DNA of 64,000 nucleotides from Malacoraja senta (taxonomy: Eukaryota), in contig CM075991.1 of NCBI GenBank assembly GCA_038087875.1, forward strand, positions 12,650,001-12,714,000, given 5' to 3'. This document shows positions 1 through 10,100 of the stretch, piece by piece. A model generated the notes under the pieces. The model was not told the origin of the DNA. It saw nothing but the letters and a program-made list of their open reading frames with translations, and made no database searches. Each line of letters opens with the position of its first letter. Position 1 is the first letter of the stretch. Position numbers and translations under genes: made by a program.

Positions 1-62
1 TGAAGTAGCAGAAAATGGCCTTCAGCTTCTCAGACGTCCTTGGTGAGGTCGACTCAAACAGC
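1..62 (-). CDS. PARG-like coding exon (truncated by window edge)
   Basis: AG acceptor at 64-63; reads (R)LFESTSPRTSEKLKAIFCYF, resembling PARG [21 protein letters not shown]; phase matches the 489-649 exon. Confidence 0.9.
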
Positions 63-99
63 CTGCGAGGAACAGGTTAGAGTGTGTGAGCCTGGGCCT

Positions 100-355
100 T
101 GTCTCCCCATAACCTCCCCCACCCCCACCTCCAACTCACTCCGCCCCACTCTCCCCCTCCCCCTCACACCCCCTCCTCCCTCCCACTCCCCCCCTACCCC
201 TCCCACACCCCCGCCCCCTCACACCCCCTCCTCCCTCCCACACCCCCTCCTCCACCTCACTCCGCCCCACTCTCCCCCCGCCCCCTCCCACTCTCCTCCT
301 CCCCCCCTCACACCCACCTCCTCCCCCCTCTCGTACCTCCTCCCCCCCCCCCAGC
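100..355. repeat. C-rich low-complexity tract in PARG-like intron
   Basis: Irregular C/A/T runs. Confidence 0.9.
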
Positions 356-488
356 CTACTGACCATCATGGGCCCTGCCTGACCCTTGACCCTCCCATGG
401 CAGTGACCAGTTGAGACCCAGGGGCTGGAGAAGGGGCCGATGGACTGACCGCCAGTGGGCAGTTTCGAGGGTGTGTGCGGACACTGAC

Positions 489-649
489 CGGCTGAAGTTG
501 ATGGTGGGGAAGTTGGAGAACTGGGAGCGAGGGAGCGGGGAGTTGCGATGAGGGAAGGTGCAGAAGAAGGCGTTGGCCAGCAGGCAGGCGCACTGTTCCT
601 GGGACATTGTCAGGGCGTGCTTCATCCCCACCCTCAGCAGCGGGACCGG
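489..649 (-). CDS. PARG-like coding exon
   Basis: tgtttcag acceptor and gtcagt donor; PVPLLRVGMKHALTMSQEQCACLLANAFFCTFPHRNSPLPRSQFSNFPTINFS contains the PARG LLANAFFCTFP motif. Confidence 0.95.
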
Positions 650-914
650 CTGAAACAACAAAAGGAAGAGTGACAGAGACCCTCGCCACCCCCCCCCCCC
701 ACCCACCCAACGGCAGCCCACGCCCCCTGGATCACCGGAGAGTCAGTCGGTCGGGCAGCTTCTGCGAGGAGACAATACCTCTACGTCTCCCAGTCGACCC
801 GACTCTACCCCAGTCAAGGTACCTCCATTCCCAGCTGCTCTCACCCGTCTCCTCCTTGCCATCACAGGATCCACAATGTGGAGGCCGTTCGGCCCACCTG
901 GACAGTGCCGGCAA

Positions 915-1262
915 TGTTGATAATGTTTCAAGAGAGAGTAGGTTTTAGCTCTTAGGGCTAACAGAACCAGGGGTCACAGTTTGAGAATAAGGGTTCAGCC
1001 ATTTAGGACTGAGATGAGGAAAAACCTTTTCACCCAGAGAGTTGTGAATCTGTGGAATTCTCTGCCACAGAAGGCAGTGGAGGCTGGTTCACTGGATGTT
1101 TTCAAGAGAGTTAGATTTAGCTCTTAGGGCTAATGGAATCAAGGGATATGGGGAGAAGGCAGGAACGGGGTACTGATTGTAGATGATCAGCCATGATCAT
1201 ATTGAATGGCGGTGCTGGCTCCAAGGGCCGAATGGCCTCCTCCTGCACCTATTGTCTATGTT
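915..1262 (+). mobile_element. CR1 (HER1-like) LINE 3' fragment
   Basis: FTQRVVNLWNSLP-type C-terminus and tail ...gggccgaatggcctcctcctgcacctattgtctatg. Confidence 0.85.
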
Positions 1263-1355
1263 GCTCCTCCACTGATTTTACGTAGAGGATTTCCTGCTGT
1301 AACGTGTGTGTCTTCCATAATGTGACTGGATATAATGTGAGATTCATTATATAAT

Positions 1356-1661
1356 GGGCGGCACGGTGGCACAGCGGGTAGAGCTGCTGCCTTGCAGCAC
1401 CAGAGTCCCAGGTTCAATCCTGACTACAGGTGCTGTCTGTACGGAGTTTGTACATTCTCTCCCCGTGACCTGCGTGGGTTTTCTCCGGGTGCTCCGGTTT
1501 CCTCCCACAATCCAAAGATGTACAGGTTTGTAGGTTAATTGGCTTGGTAAATGTAAATTGTAAATTGTCCCTAGTGTGTGTAGAGTGCGGGGATCGCAGG
1601 TCGGCACGGACTCAGTGGGCCGAAGGGCCTGTTTCCACGCTGTATTTCTAAACCAAATTAA
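1356..1661 (+). mobile_element. tRNA-derived V-SINE (HE1-like), near full length
   Basis: A-box/B-box-like head (tggcacagcgg...ggttcaatcc), V-domain ttctccgggtgctccggtttcctcccaca, CR1-like tail gggccgaagggcctgtttcc. Confidence 0.85.
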
Positions 1662-1699
1662 AGATGAATGAAGGGAATTGGCTCTGATCTAATTCACAT

Positions 1700-2400
1700 C
1701 AAGAACAAGGGAACTCTGGAAATTGACAAGCAGAGAAAAAAAACTTCCTTGGATTAAACAGTACAGAGAATAACGGAAGATGGTCCAGAACTAAATGTGT
1801 TTCAAAAGAAACTAATAGACTATGGGTTAATAACTGGAAAAAAGCTAATTCTAAAATTTTGGAAGAAGGCTCCAATACCAACTATAAACATGTGGATTTC
1901 AAATATGTTCGAAACATTACACCTAGAAGAGATAAGACTCCTCCTGGCAGGTAAACCCGATCACCTCCACCTGACGTGGTCTGCATTTATAGAATTATTA
2001 CAAATATAGGGTGCAAAGGTACCTTAAAAAAATTGAGGTCAGGTAATGGGGGATGCTAGTTGAAGAGTTGGTATGTCCCATTTACGTAATGCTCATAAAA
2101 ATATTTGTTTCTCTCTTTTTCCTCTTTCTCTTTCTCCTTCTTTTCTAGGGTCTATTTCTTAACTCTTTTTCTTTTGTTTTTAATTTTGTTCTTATAGGGT
2201 CTTCGTCCTTTTTTGTTGTCACATTTTCTACACTCTCACTTTTTCCTTCACTTTCTTCTTTCTTTCAATCTTATCCTTTCCTTTTTCTAGTGTAAAAAAT
2301 AAATGGAGTACATTAATTGTAAGAAGACATAAGTGACGAGTACTAATGTATGTGGTTGTAATGTAATGTACTTCTAATAAATAAAAAATTAAAAAAATAT
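1700..2400 (+). mobile_element. L1-clade LINE 3' end
   Basis: ORF 1797-2009 GKKLILKFWKKAPIPTINMW...LHLEEIR...TWSAF resembles fish-type L1 ORF2 C-terminus; T-rich 3' UTR then AATAAA and A-rich tail at ~2376-2398. Confidence 0.7.
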
Positions 2401-2972
2401 ATATATAGTGCAGAGGGGGAAAAAAACGTTTCCATGTAACCTCCCCACCGTAATCCGACACCATTGTTCCCTAAGGACACAGCTACTATTTTAACTGTGG
2501 ATGATCGATGAAATCAATAACTGGTCACTATTAACATTTGTGCAATGATACTCTGGTAAATGTATAGCCTTTAGTATTTTTAGGTTGCAGTAACAAAAGT
2601 AAATTTATAGATATTGAAAAGAAAGTTATTCTTGGAAAAGAACTGCTGCAAAAATATTGTTATTGAGTCTGAAACTCCTAACCCCATTGACATTAATGTT
2701 ATAATGCAATATTCAGCAAGAGGAGGTTTCTAAAGGACACACGTTGGTGTTTTAGTAGGAGACACCTGAACCTGCTCGAGCTGCTCTGTGGACAACCCTG
2801 GCCCCATTTACCCCGGCCAACCCCGTCCCGTCCAGTGCCCAGTTGGCCACCTGTAGGTACATCCAGTGGCTTGGGTACCTGGAGAAATTGGCACAGTGTT
2901 GGTCACTCACTGGCCTGGTCCTGACACCTCTATCTCCCGGCCCTGGTTGGATAGCACTGACACGTCACTCAC

Positions 2973-3062
2973 CTTCTGGCACAGTTGTGGTGCCCGCAGA
3001 GCCAGCTGTGCCACCTGCGGCAACAGTCTCCCCAGAAGATACTGCTGGTCAGCGGGCTGCAT
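2973..3062 (-). CDS. PARG-like coding exon
   Basis: 90 nt, cag/gtgagt, phase 0-0; MQPADQQYLLGRLLPQVAQLALRAPQLCQK resembles PARG [24 protein letters not shown]. Confidence 0.88.
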
Positions 3063-3181
3063 CTGTAGGGGGGGGGTGGGGGGGAAGGAAAGGTCACCAT
3101 GAATCTTCCCAGGGAGAGGAAGAGCCGACAGGACTGACCCACACAGCGCTGGGCCCAAGCAACAGACCTTAAATACAGGTC

Positions 3182-3427
3182 GTTTAAGAAGGAACTGCAG
3201 AAGCTGGAAAATCGAAGGTAGACAAAAATGCTGGAGAAACTCAGCAGGTGCAGCAGCATCTATGGAGCGAAGGAAATAGGCAACGTTTCGGGCCGAAACC
3301 CTTCCGGGTTTCGGCCCGAAACGTTGCCTATTTCCTTCAGGGTTTCGGCCCAAAACGTTGCCTATTTCCTTCGCTCCATAGATGCTGCTGCATCCGCTGA
3401 GTTTCTCCAGCACTTTTGTCTACCTTA
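3182..3427. repeat. Palindromic Penelope-derived terminal repeat
   Basis: Arms ggtagacaaaa.tgctggagaaactcagc... and its reverse complement; ORF track gives near-identical peptides on both strands. Confidence 0.75.
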
Positions 3428-3781
3428 AATACAGATCAATACTTATCCATGTCCGACTCAAAGATAGGCTCATCAACCTGACCTTTGACCCACACAAAGC
3501 TGTGGCCAAGCAACTAGTCCATGACCCAGGTGGAGGTCACCACTTTCCTAGGGCTGCAGCTTTGATCCACCTCATCGCTGACCACACTCAGGACCAGAGC
3601 GTCTGGTCGCTGGAGGAGACAACTGCGAGGTCACAACCTTCCCGCCCCAGTCATAATCATCCCAACACTGTCCTTGGATCTGGGTCGCTGAGACAAGGGA
3701 ACAGACTCTCATCCATCGCCTCAAGCTCCCTCTAGTCGTTGCACGGACATGTATGGAGGTTCCGTCAGCAAGGAATTCTCT

Positions 3782-4245
3782 TTAGTTTATTACCGAGGTA
3801 CAGTGGAAAGCTTTTTGTTGCGTGCTATCTGGCCAGTGGAAAGATTATACATGATTACAATCAAGCCTTCCACAGTGTACAGATACAGCATGAAGGGAAT
3901 AACATTTAGTGCAAGATAGTGTCCGGTAAAGTCTGATTATAGATAGTCTAAGGGTCTCCAATGAGGTGGATGGGAGGTCAGGACCACTCTCTCGTTGGTG
4001 AGAGGACGGTTCAACAGCATGATAACAGCCGGGAAGAAACTATCCCTGAATCTGGAGATGTGTGTTATCACATTTCTGTACCTCTTGCCCGACGGGAGAG
4101 GGGGGAAGAGGGAGTGACCGGGGTGAGACTGGTCCTTGATGATGCTGCTGGCCTTGCCGAGGCAGCGTGAGGTGTGGATGGAGTCAGTGGAAGGGAGGTT
4201 GGTTGGTTTGTGTGTGTGTGATGGTCTGGGCTGCATCCACAACTC
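3782..4245 (-). mobile_element. Rex1/Babar-clade LINE 3' fragment
   Basis: KASSIIKDQSHPGHSLFPPLPSGKRYR...RFRDSFFPAVIMLLN plus a 3' tail repeated at ~21390, 26340, 33730, 35310, 63430. Confidence 0.75.
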
Positions 4246-4357
4246 TTTCCATGGAATCTCACAACTTCCTGTGTGGAATCTCTGAGGTTTGAAGCAAAGT
4301 TCATTAATACGATAACTTTTCTAAAAGGAAAATATACGAGACTGAGGATGAACATAC

Positions 4358-4432
4358 CTGGTCCAAGTGTCGACAAAGTCCCACAAACCTCCAGACATTG
4401 GAGTACTTTGGGTTGTAGCGTTTGATCGCTCT
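4358..4432 (-). CDS. PARG-like coding exon
   Basis: 75 nt, cag/gtatgt; RAIKRYNPKYSNVWRFVGLCRHLDQ resembles PARG DAILKYNVAYSKKWDFTAL. Confidence 0.88.
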
Positions 4433-4544
4433 CTGTGAGATCAACAGAAAATACAAGTAGCAGATGAACAGGTGAAGACAATGCCCGTCCCCCCCGTCCC
4501 CTCTGGGTTTGACGCCCACACTTTGACCGGGAACGAGATTAGTG

Positions 4545-4972
4545 CGGCACGGTGGTGCAGCAGGTAGAACTGCTGCCTCATAGCGCTAGGGACCCGGGTT
4601 CCATCCTGACCACGGGAGCTGTCTATGTGTAGTTGGTACATTCCCCCCTGTGACAGCGTGGGTTTTCTCCAGGTGCTCCGGTTTCCTCCCACATCCCAAA
4701 GACATGACGCTTGTCGGTTAATTGGCCAGCCATCCCTGTACACTAACACTATCCTACACACACTAGGGACAATTTTTACATTTACCAGCCCAATTAACCT
4801 ACAAACCTGCACGTCTTTGGGGTGTGGGAGGAAACCGAAGATCTGGGAGAAAACCCACGCAGGTCACGGGGAGAACGTACAAACTCCGTACAGACAGCAC
4901 CCGTAGTGGGGATCGAACCCGGGACCCTGGCGCTGTGAGGCAGCAACTCTACCGCTGCGTCACCGTGACCGC
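4545..4972. mobile_element. Two HE1-like SINE copies in opposite orientation
   Basis: + copy ~4545-4722 and - copy ~4735-4972, both with V-domain. Confidence 0.8.
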
Positions 4973-5024
4973 TGAAGCCTGATGTGGATGGTACACGATT
5001 TTTAAAATATCAAATTAATTTTAC

Positions 5025-5108
5025 CTCCAAATCCTTGGCGCTTGTGAAGTGCGGCCGGTTTAAAGCCTCTCTAATAACATCCCAGCGATTCACCACTTCC
5101 CCACGCTG
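5025..5108 (-). CDS. PARG-like coding exon
   Basis: 84 nt, polypyrimidine+cag / gtaa; QRGEVVNRWDVIREALNRPHFTSAKDLE resembles PARG [21 protein letters not shown]. Confidence 0.87.
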
Positions 5109-6111
5109 CTGAAGGAATGAAAGAGGGGATGGGGTCAGGAGTGTTGCTTCCTCCTCAGTTATTAATCACACCTGAATCACTTGGGTTGGGGCAGCTTACA
5201 CCCCCAGCAGTCTGAACATTGCTTTCTCTAACATCAAGTAACCCATGCATCCCCTCTCTCCCCATCCCTCCCCCACCCTAGTTGTCCAACTAGTTTAATT
5301 GTCCGTACACAAAAATGCTGGAGAAACTCAGCAGGTGCAGCAGCATCTAGATGCTGCTGCACCCGCTGAGTTTCTCCAGCATTTTTGTGTACCTTCGATT
5401 TTCCAGCATCTGCAGTTCCTTCTTTAATAGTTTAATTGTCCTCCTGATTAATGGTGCCTCATCCTCACCTTCCCCTCAGCTAACAATGAACCACATGTGT
5501 GGGAAAGAACTGCAGATGTTGCTTTAAATCAAAGATAGACACAAAGTGCTGGAGTAACTCAGCAGGACAGGCAGCATCTCTGGAGGGAAGGAATGGGTGA
5601 TGTTTCGGGTCGAGACGCTTCTTCAGTCTGACACTGAATCATTCTACATTTCCTTATCATCGGCTGCTTTGATCTGTTCTTTTCACACCTCACCCTTCCA
5701 TATCTCTGTGTCTCCCTCTCCACTGATTCTCAGTCTCGACCCGAAACGTCACCCATTCCTTCTCTCCAGAGATGCTGCCCGTCCCACTGAAGTTACTCCA
5801 GCATTTTGTGTTTTTCTTTGGTTTAAACCAGCATCTGCAGTTCCTTCCAACACATTTAGTTTAACTTGGCATGGTGTACGGCACAGACATTGTGGGCCGA
5901 AGGGCCTGTGCTGTTCTATGACTGGTGTCATGGGTTATGGGGAGAAGGCAGGAGAACGGGGTTGAAAGGGAAAGATGGATCAGCTTTGATTGAATAGCGG
6001 AGTAGACTTGATGGGCTGAATGGCCTAATTCTGCTCCTATCACTGTAAAAATACCTGAAAGCAACTAACATGGGGATTGAGCCCGGAAGCATTTGAGCAA
6101 AGTTGAGTTAC

Positions 6112-6240
6112 CTGTCCAGGTATTGCCGCAGTCTGCTTGTTGAAGGTGGAGAATGGCATCTTCACCTGTGCTGAGTTCCACACCTTCTCTGGAGCGGGGA
6201 TGCTGAAGGGGACGATTATCCCGGACGGAAGTCCAGCAAC
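6112..6240 (-). CDS. PARG-like coding exon
   Basis: 129 nt, ttgcag/gtaact; VAGLPSGIIVPFSIPAPEKVWNSAQVKMPFSTFNKQTAAIPGQ resembles PARG DLWDNKHVKMPCS. Confidence 0.87.
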
Positions 6241-6307
6241 CTGCAAGACAGAGACTACAGCTGGTGATTGGACAGCACAGCCCTCTGTAGATAGTGTCCA
6301 CTCTTAG

Positions 6308-6593
6308 CCAGCGGGTAGAGTTGCTGCCTCACAGCGCCAGGGACCCAGGTTCCATCCTGACTACGGGTGCTGTCTGTACGGAGTTTGTACGTTCTCCCCG
6401 TGACCTGCGTGGGTTTCTCCGGTTTCCTCCCACACTCCAAAGACGAACAGGTTTGTAGGTTAATTGGCTTGGTGTAAGTGTACATTGTCCCTAGTGTGTG
6501 TAGGATAGTGTTAGTGTGCGGGGATCGCTGGTCGGTGCGGACGCGATGGGCTGAAGGGCCTGTTTCCGCGCTGTATCTCTAAACTAAACTAAA
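6308..6593 (+). mobile_element. HE1-like SINE
   Basis: V-domain and (ctaaa)n tail. Confidence 0.85.
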
Positions 6594-6612
6594 ATATGAA
6601 CTAAATTCTCAC

Positions 6613-6768
6613 CTCCACCAAGATGCTGTGATCTTCTGTTGGCCTCAGAGCTGGTTCTGTGACGGGTCGGTGCTCAGAGGTCCCAGACTCCCGCCTGTCC
6701 ACACAACACGTCCACCCCATCTCCGCACCACGCTCGCCGCCCAAACCCCTCCTTCCCTCCGAACTCAT
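6613..6768 (-). CDS. PARG-like exon, probable first coding segment (5' boundary uncertain)
   Basis: gtgaga donor after LRPTEDHSILVE (cf. PARG LRPSANHTVTIR); frame open back to ATG 6768, preceded by in-frame TGA at 6774-6772; candidate acceptor ctctccag would start the exon at 6786. Confidence 0.6.
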
Positions 6769-6844
6769 TCTTCACTCTGCTGTGTCCTGGAGAGCCTCAC
6801 TTCACGAGGCAGGTGTAAAGGAACAAAGTTACCGAGTGTGCTCG

Positions 6845-7275
6845 CAGGGAACCGCAGATGCTGCTCTACATGAAAAGACACAAAGTGCTGGAGTAACTCA
6901 GCGGGACGGGCAGCATCTCTGGAGTGAAGGAATGGGTGACGTTTCGGGTCGAGACCCTTCTCCAGACGGAGTCAGGGGAGAGAGAGAGACACAGAGATAA
7001 GGAAGGGCGAGGTGTGAAAAGGACAGATCAAAGCAGACGATGATAAGGAAATGTAGAATGATTCATTGTTTGCTGAGGGGAAGGTGACAACGAGGCAGAC
7101 AATCAGTACAATTAATCAGGACAGTGAAACTAGTCGGAGAACTAGGGTGGGGGAGGGATGGAGAGAGAGGGAAAGCAAGGGTTACTTGAAGTTAGAGAAG
7201 TCATTATTCATCCACTGTTGTAAGCTGCCCAAACGCAATATGAGGGGCAGTTCCTCCAGTTTGCACTTGGCCTCA
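6845..7275 (-). mobile_element. Penelope-like element 3' fragment
   Basis: KLEELPLILRLGSLQ...NNDFSNFK resembles the GIY-YIG endonuclease C-terminus, followed by terminal repeat. Confidence 0.7.
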
Positions 7276-8299
7276 ACATTACCTAATGTAGCCTCAAGGA
7301 ACTGCAGATGCTGCTTTACACAAAAAGGCCTGACCCGCTGAGTTACTCCAGCACTGTGTGAAACGTCACCTATCTCCACATGTTCTCCACAGATGCTGCC
7401 TGACCCGCTGAGTTACTCCAGCTTTTCGTGCATCTTTATAGGACTTTGATTAGGCCACAAGTGCAGTTGTGGTCGCCCCTTTACAGGGAGGGTGTGGGGG
7501 CGTTGGAGAGGGTGCAGAGGAGGTTGTCCAGGGTGACGCCTGGTTTGAGGGGTGTTAGCTAGAAGGAGTCGTTGGCCAGACCGGGATTGTTTTCTTTGGA
7601 ATGCGGAGGTTGAGGGAAGTATTTGAAGGTATTCGAGGTGTGGCTGGGGTAAACACACAACCTTTATCACAGGGTGGAAATATCAAAGACACAGCTTGAA
7701 GGTGAGAGGGGTAGGGGCAGGGTTTTGACACAGAGGGTGGTGGGTGCCTGGGGTTGGTGGTGGAGGCAAATACGATAGTGGTGTTTAACTAGTTTATAGG
7801 TAGGTAGGCACACATACGGATATACAGGGAACTGACAGATGTGGATCACGTCCAGGCAGAGATTAGTTTAACTTGGCACGGACATTGTGGGCCGAAGGGC
7901 CTGACCCTGAACTGTTCTGTTCTGTGTGTAGAAAGGATGCTGGTGTATAATCGAAGTTTATAAAGATAATATAATATAATCGAAGTACATAAACACAGAG
8001 TGCTGGAGGAACTCAGCGGGGTCAGGCAGCATCTGTGGAGAGGAGAGGAGAGGGGGTGGGTGACGTTTCGGGTGGGGACCCCCTTCTTCAGACTGAGGGA
8101 ACTCTCCGAGAGAGGCGGAAGTTTGGATGTGGAGAAGCAGTGAGCTGTGAAGCATAAACTGGATGAATGTGTGAGCTGATCTAGGTACCGCCGGCTCTGT
8201 CTGACACAGGAGGGGATAGATACTGTATCTAGCATGGGCCGGAGTGAAGGGTTCCGCTGACACAGAGCTGTGGAAGCAACATTGCAAACACTCACTCAC

Positions 8300-8399
8300 C
8301 TCCCCCTGCTCCGGCATGCCCTTCTCCACCTCCCCGACACACACACACAGCGAGGGCCACAAGCACAACCCGGAAATGAAAGTGAAAGAAAGAGTCGAG
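8300..8399 (-). other. Candidate upstream (5'/first) exon of the PARG-like gene
   Basis: Strong donor GAG/gtgagt at 8300/8299 preceded by ATG CCG GAG CAG GGG GAG; non-repetitive sequence containing an IRF/ETS motif. Confidence 0.4.
8370..8391 (+). promoter_or_regulatory. ISRE/IRF-binding element with overlapping ETS core
   Basis: ccGGAAatGAAAgtGAAAgaaa: GAAAGTGAAA fits the IRF consensus GAAANNGAAA. Confidence 0.45.
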
Positions 8400-8430
8400 C
8401 TGTAAATATTTCAGTTCGCTGTGAGGGAGG

Positions 8431-8432
<2 letters not shown>

Positions 8433-8465
<33 letters not shown>
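8433..8465. repeat. (GT)n microsatellite
   Basis: gtgtgt run. Confidence 0.95.
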
Positions 8466-8466
<1 letters not shown>

Positions 8467-9229
8467 TGAACCTGCAGCAAGTGTTTAACTTGGCATCATG
8501 TACAGCACAGACATTGTGGGCCGAAGGGCCTGTTCCTGTGCTGTGTTCATCTGTAGACAGACACACAGCGTGCTGGAGTAACTCAGCGGGTCAGGATAGT
8601 TCATACATTACAGGAGCAGAATTAGGCCATTCGGCCCATCACAACTACTCCACCATTCAATCAAGGCTGGTCTATCTCTCCCTCTCAACCCCATTCTCCT
8701 GCCTTCTCCCCATAACCCCTGACACCCGCACTGATCAAGAATCTATCTATCTCTGACTTGACCTCCACAGCCGTCTGACCCGAATCATCACCTATCCATG
8801 TTCTCCACAGATGCTGCCTGACCCACTGAGTTACTCCAGCACTCTGTGTCCTTTTGTATATTAACCAGCATCTGCAGTTCCTTGTTTCGATCGACAAGTC
8901 TCAGAGATTGGGAGTGTGCTCCACGCTGCTGCAATACAGTCTGCTGCCTGTGTGAGGCAGTGTCTCCCAGCCTGAGTTCACTCCCAGCTCCACTCAACCC
9001 CACAAGAGTCAAGATAGACACAAAATGCTGGAGTAACTCAGTGGGACAGACAGGCAGCGACCCTGGAGACAAGGAATGGGTGACGTTTCTGGTCGAGACC
9101 CTTCTTCAGGGCAGAGAGAGAGAGAGAGATTTTCTTCTCATTGTTTCTAAACCTCAGTTCCCAAACACAACACCCTGTCTGTCATTCCCTGCTCTCTTTC
9201 ATTCGTGTCTCTGTCCTCTTCCCTCTCTC

Positions 9230-9905
9230 CTGGCTCGTTCTTCTCCCTCTCTCTCTTTCATTCACCTCCTCCCTCCCTCTTCCATCTTATCCCCCCTCTC
9301 CTCCCTCTCCTCTCTCCCCCCCCTCTCCCCTCTCCCCCCCTCTCCTCCCTCTCTCTCTCTCCCCCCTCTCCTCACCCCCCCTCTCTCTCTCTCTCCCCCT
9401 CACCCCCTCTCTCTCCCCCCCCTCTCTCTCCCCCCACCCCCCTCTCTCCCCCCTCTCTCTCTCTCCCCCACCCCCCTCTCTCTCCCCCCACCCCCTCTCT
9501 CCCCCCAACCCCCTCTCTCTCCCCCCCCACCCCCCTCTCCCCCCCCCACCCCCCTCTCTCCCCCCTCCTCTCCTCCTCACCCTCCCTCTCTTCCCCACCC
9601 CCCCTCTCTCCCACCTCTCCCCCCCCCCTCTCTCTCTCTCCCCCCCCCTCTCTCTCTCTCCCCCCCCCACTCTCCCCCCTCTCCCCCACTCCCACCCCTC
9701 TCCCCCACCCCCCCTCTCCCCCACCCCCACCCCCCCCTCTCTCTCTCCCTCTCTCCCCCCACCCCTCTCTCCCTCTCCCCCCACCCCTCCCTCTCCCCCT
9801 CTCCCCCTCTCCCCCCCACCCCTCCCTCTCCCCCACCCCCCCTCTCCCCCCCCCTCCCCTCTCCCCCCCCCTCTCCCCCTCTCCCCCCTCTCTCCCCCCT
9901 CTCCC
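9230..9905. repeat. Polypyrimidine (C/T) low-complexity tract
   Basis: ~0.7 kb almost exclusively C/T with sparse A. Confidence 0.95.
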
Positions 9906-9944
9906 TGTTATTTGGACACACTGACTCCACCAGATACTAGATTT

Positions 9945-10100
9945 GCCGGTGCGCTGGAAAACGCGGATCCCGGAAGTTGCCCGGAGTCGGGATTCCAGCA
10001 AAAGCTGCAACTATTTAAATACTTCGGGCGACTCCACCTTCCGCAATATTCACTTTTATATAAAAGCAGCATCGAGTTTTAACGGGTGTGTTCCTTGACC
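9945..10100. promoter_or_regulatory. CpG-enriched promoter-like segment between the divergent genes
   Basis: ETS site CCGGAAGT at 9970-9977, perfect palindrome CTTTTATATAAAAG at 10053-10066, several CpGs. Confidence 0.3.

Noticed and set aside
8846..10082. Long Pro/Ser/Leu- and Gly/Glu/Arg-rich ORFs (up to 364 aa)
   Set aside because: Open in most frames on both strands because the C/T tract lacks stop codons
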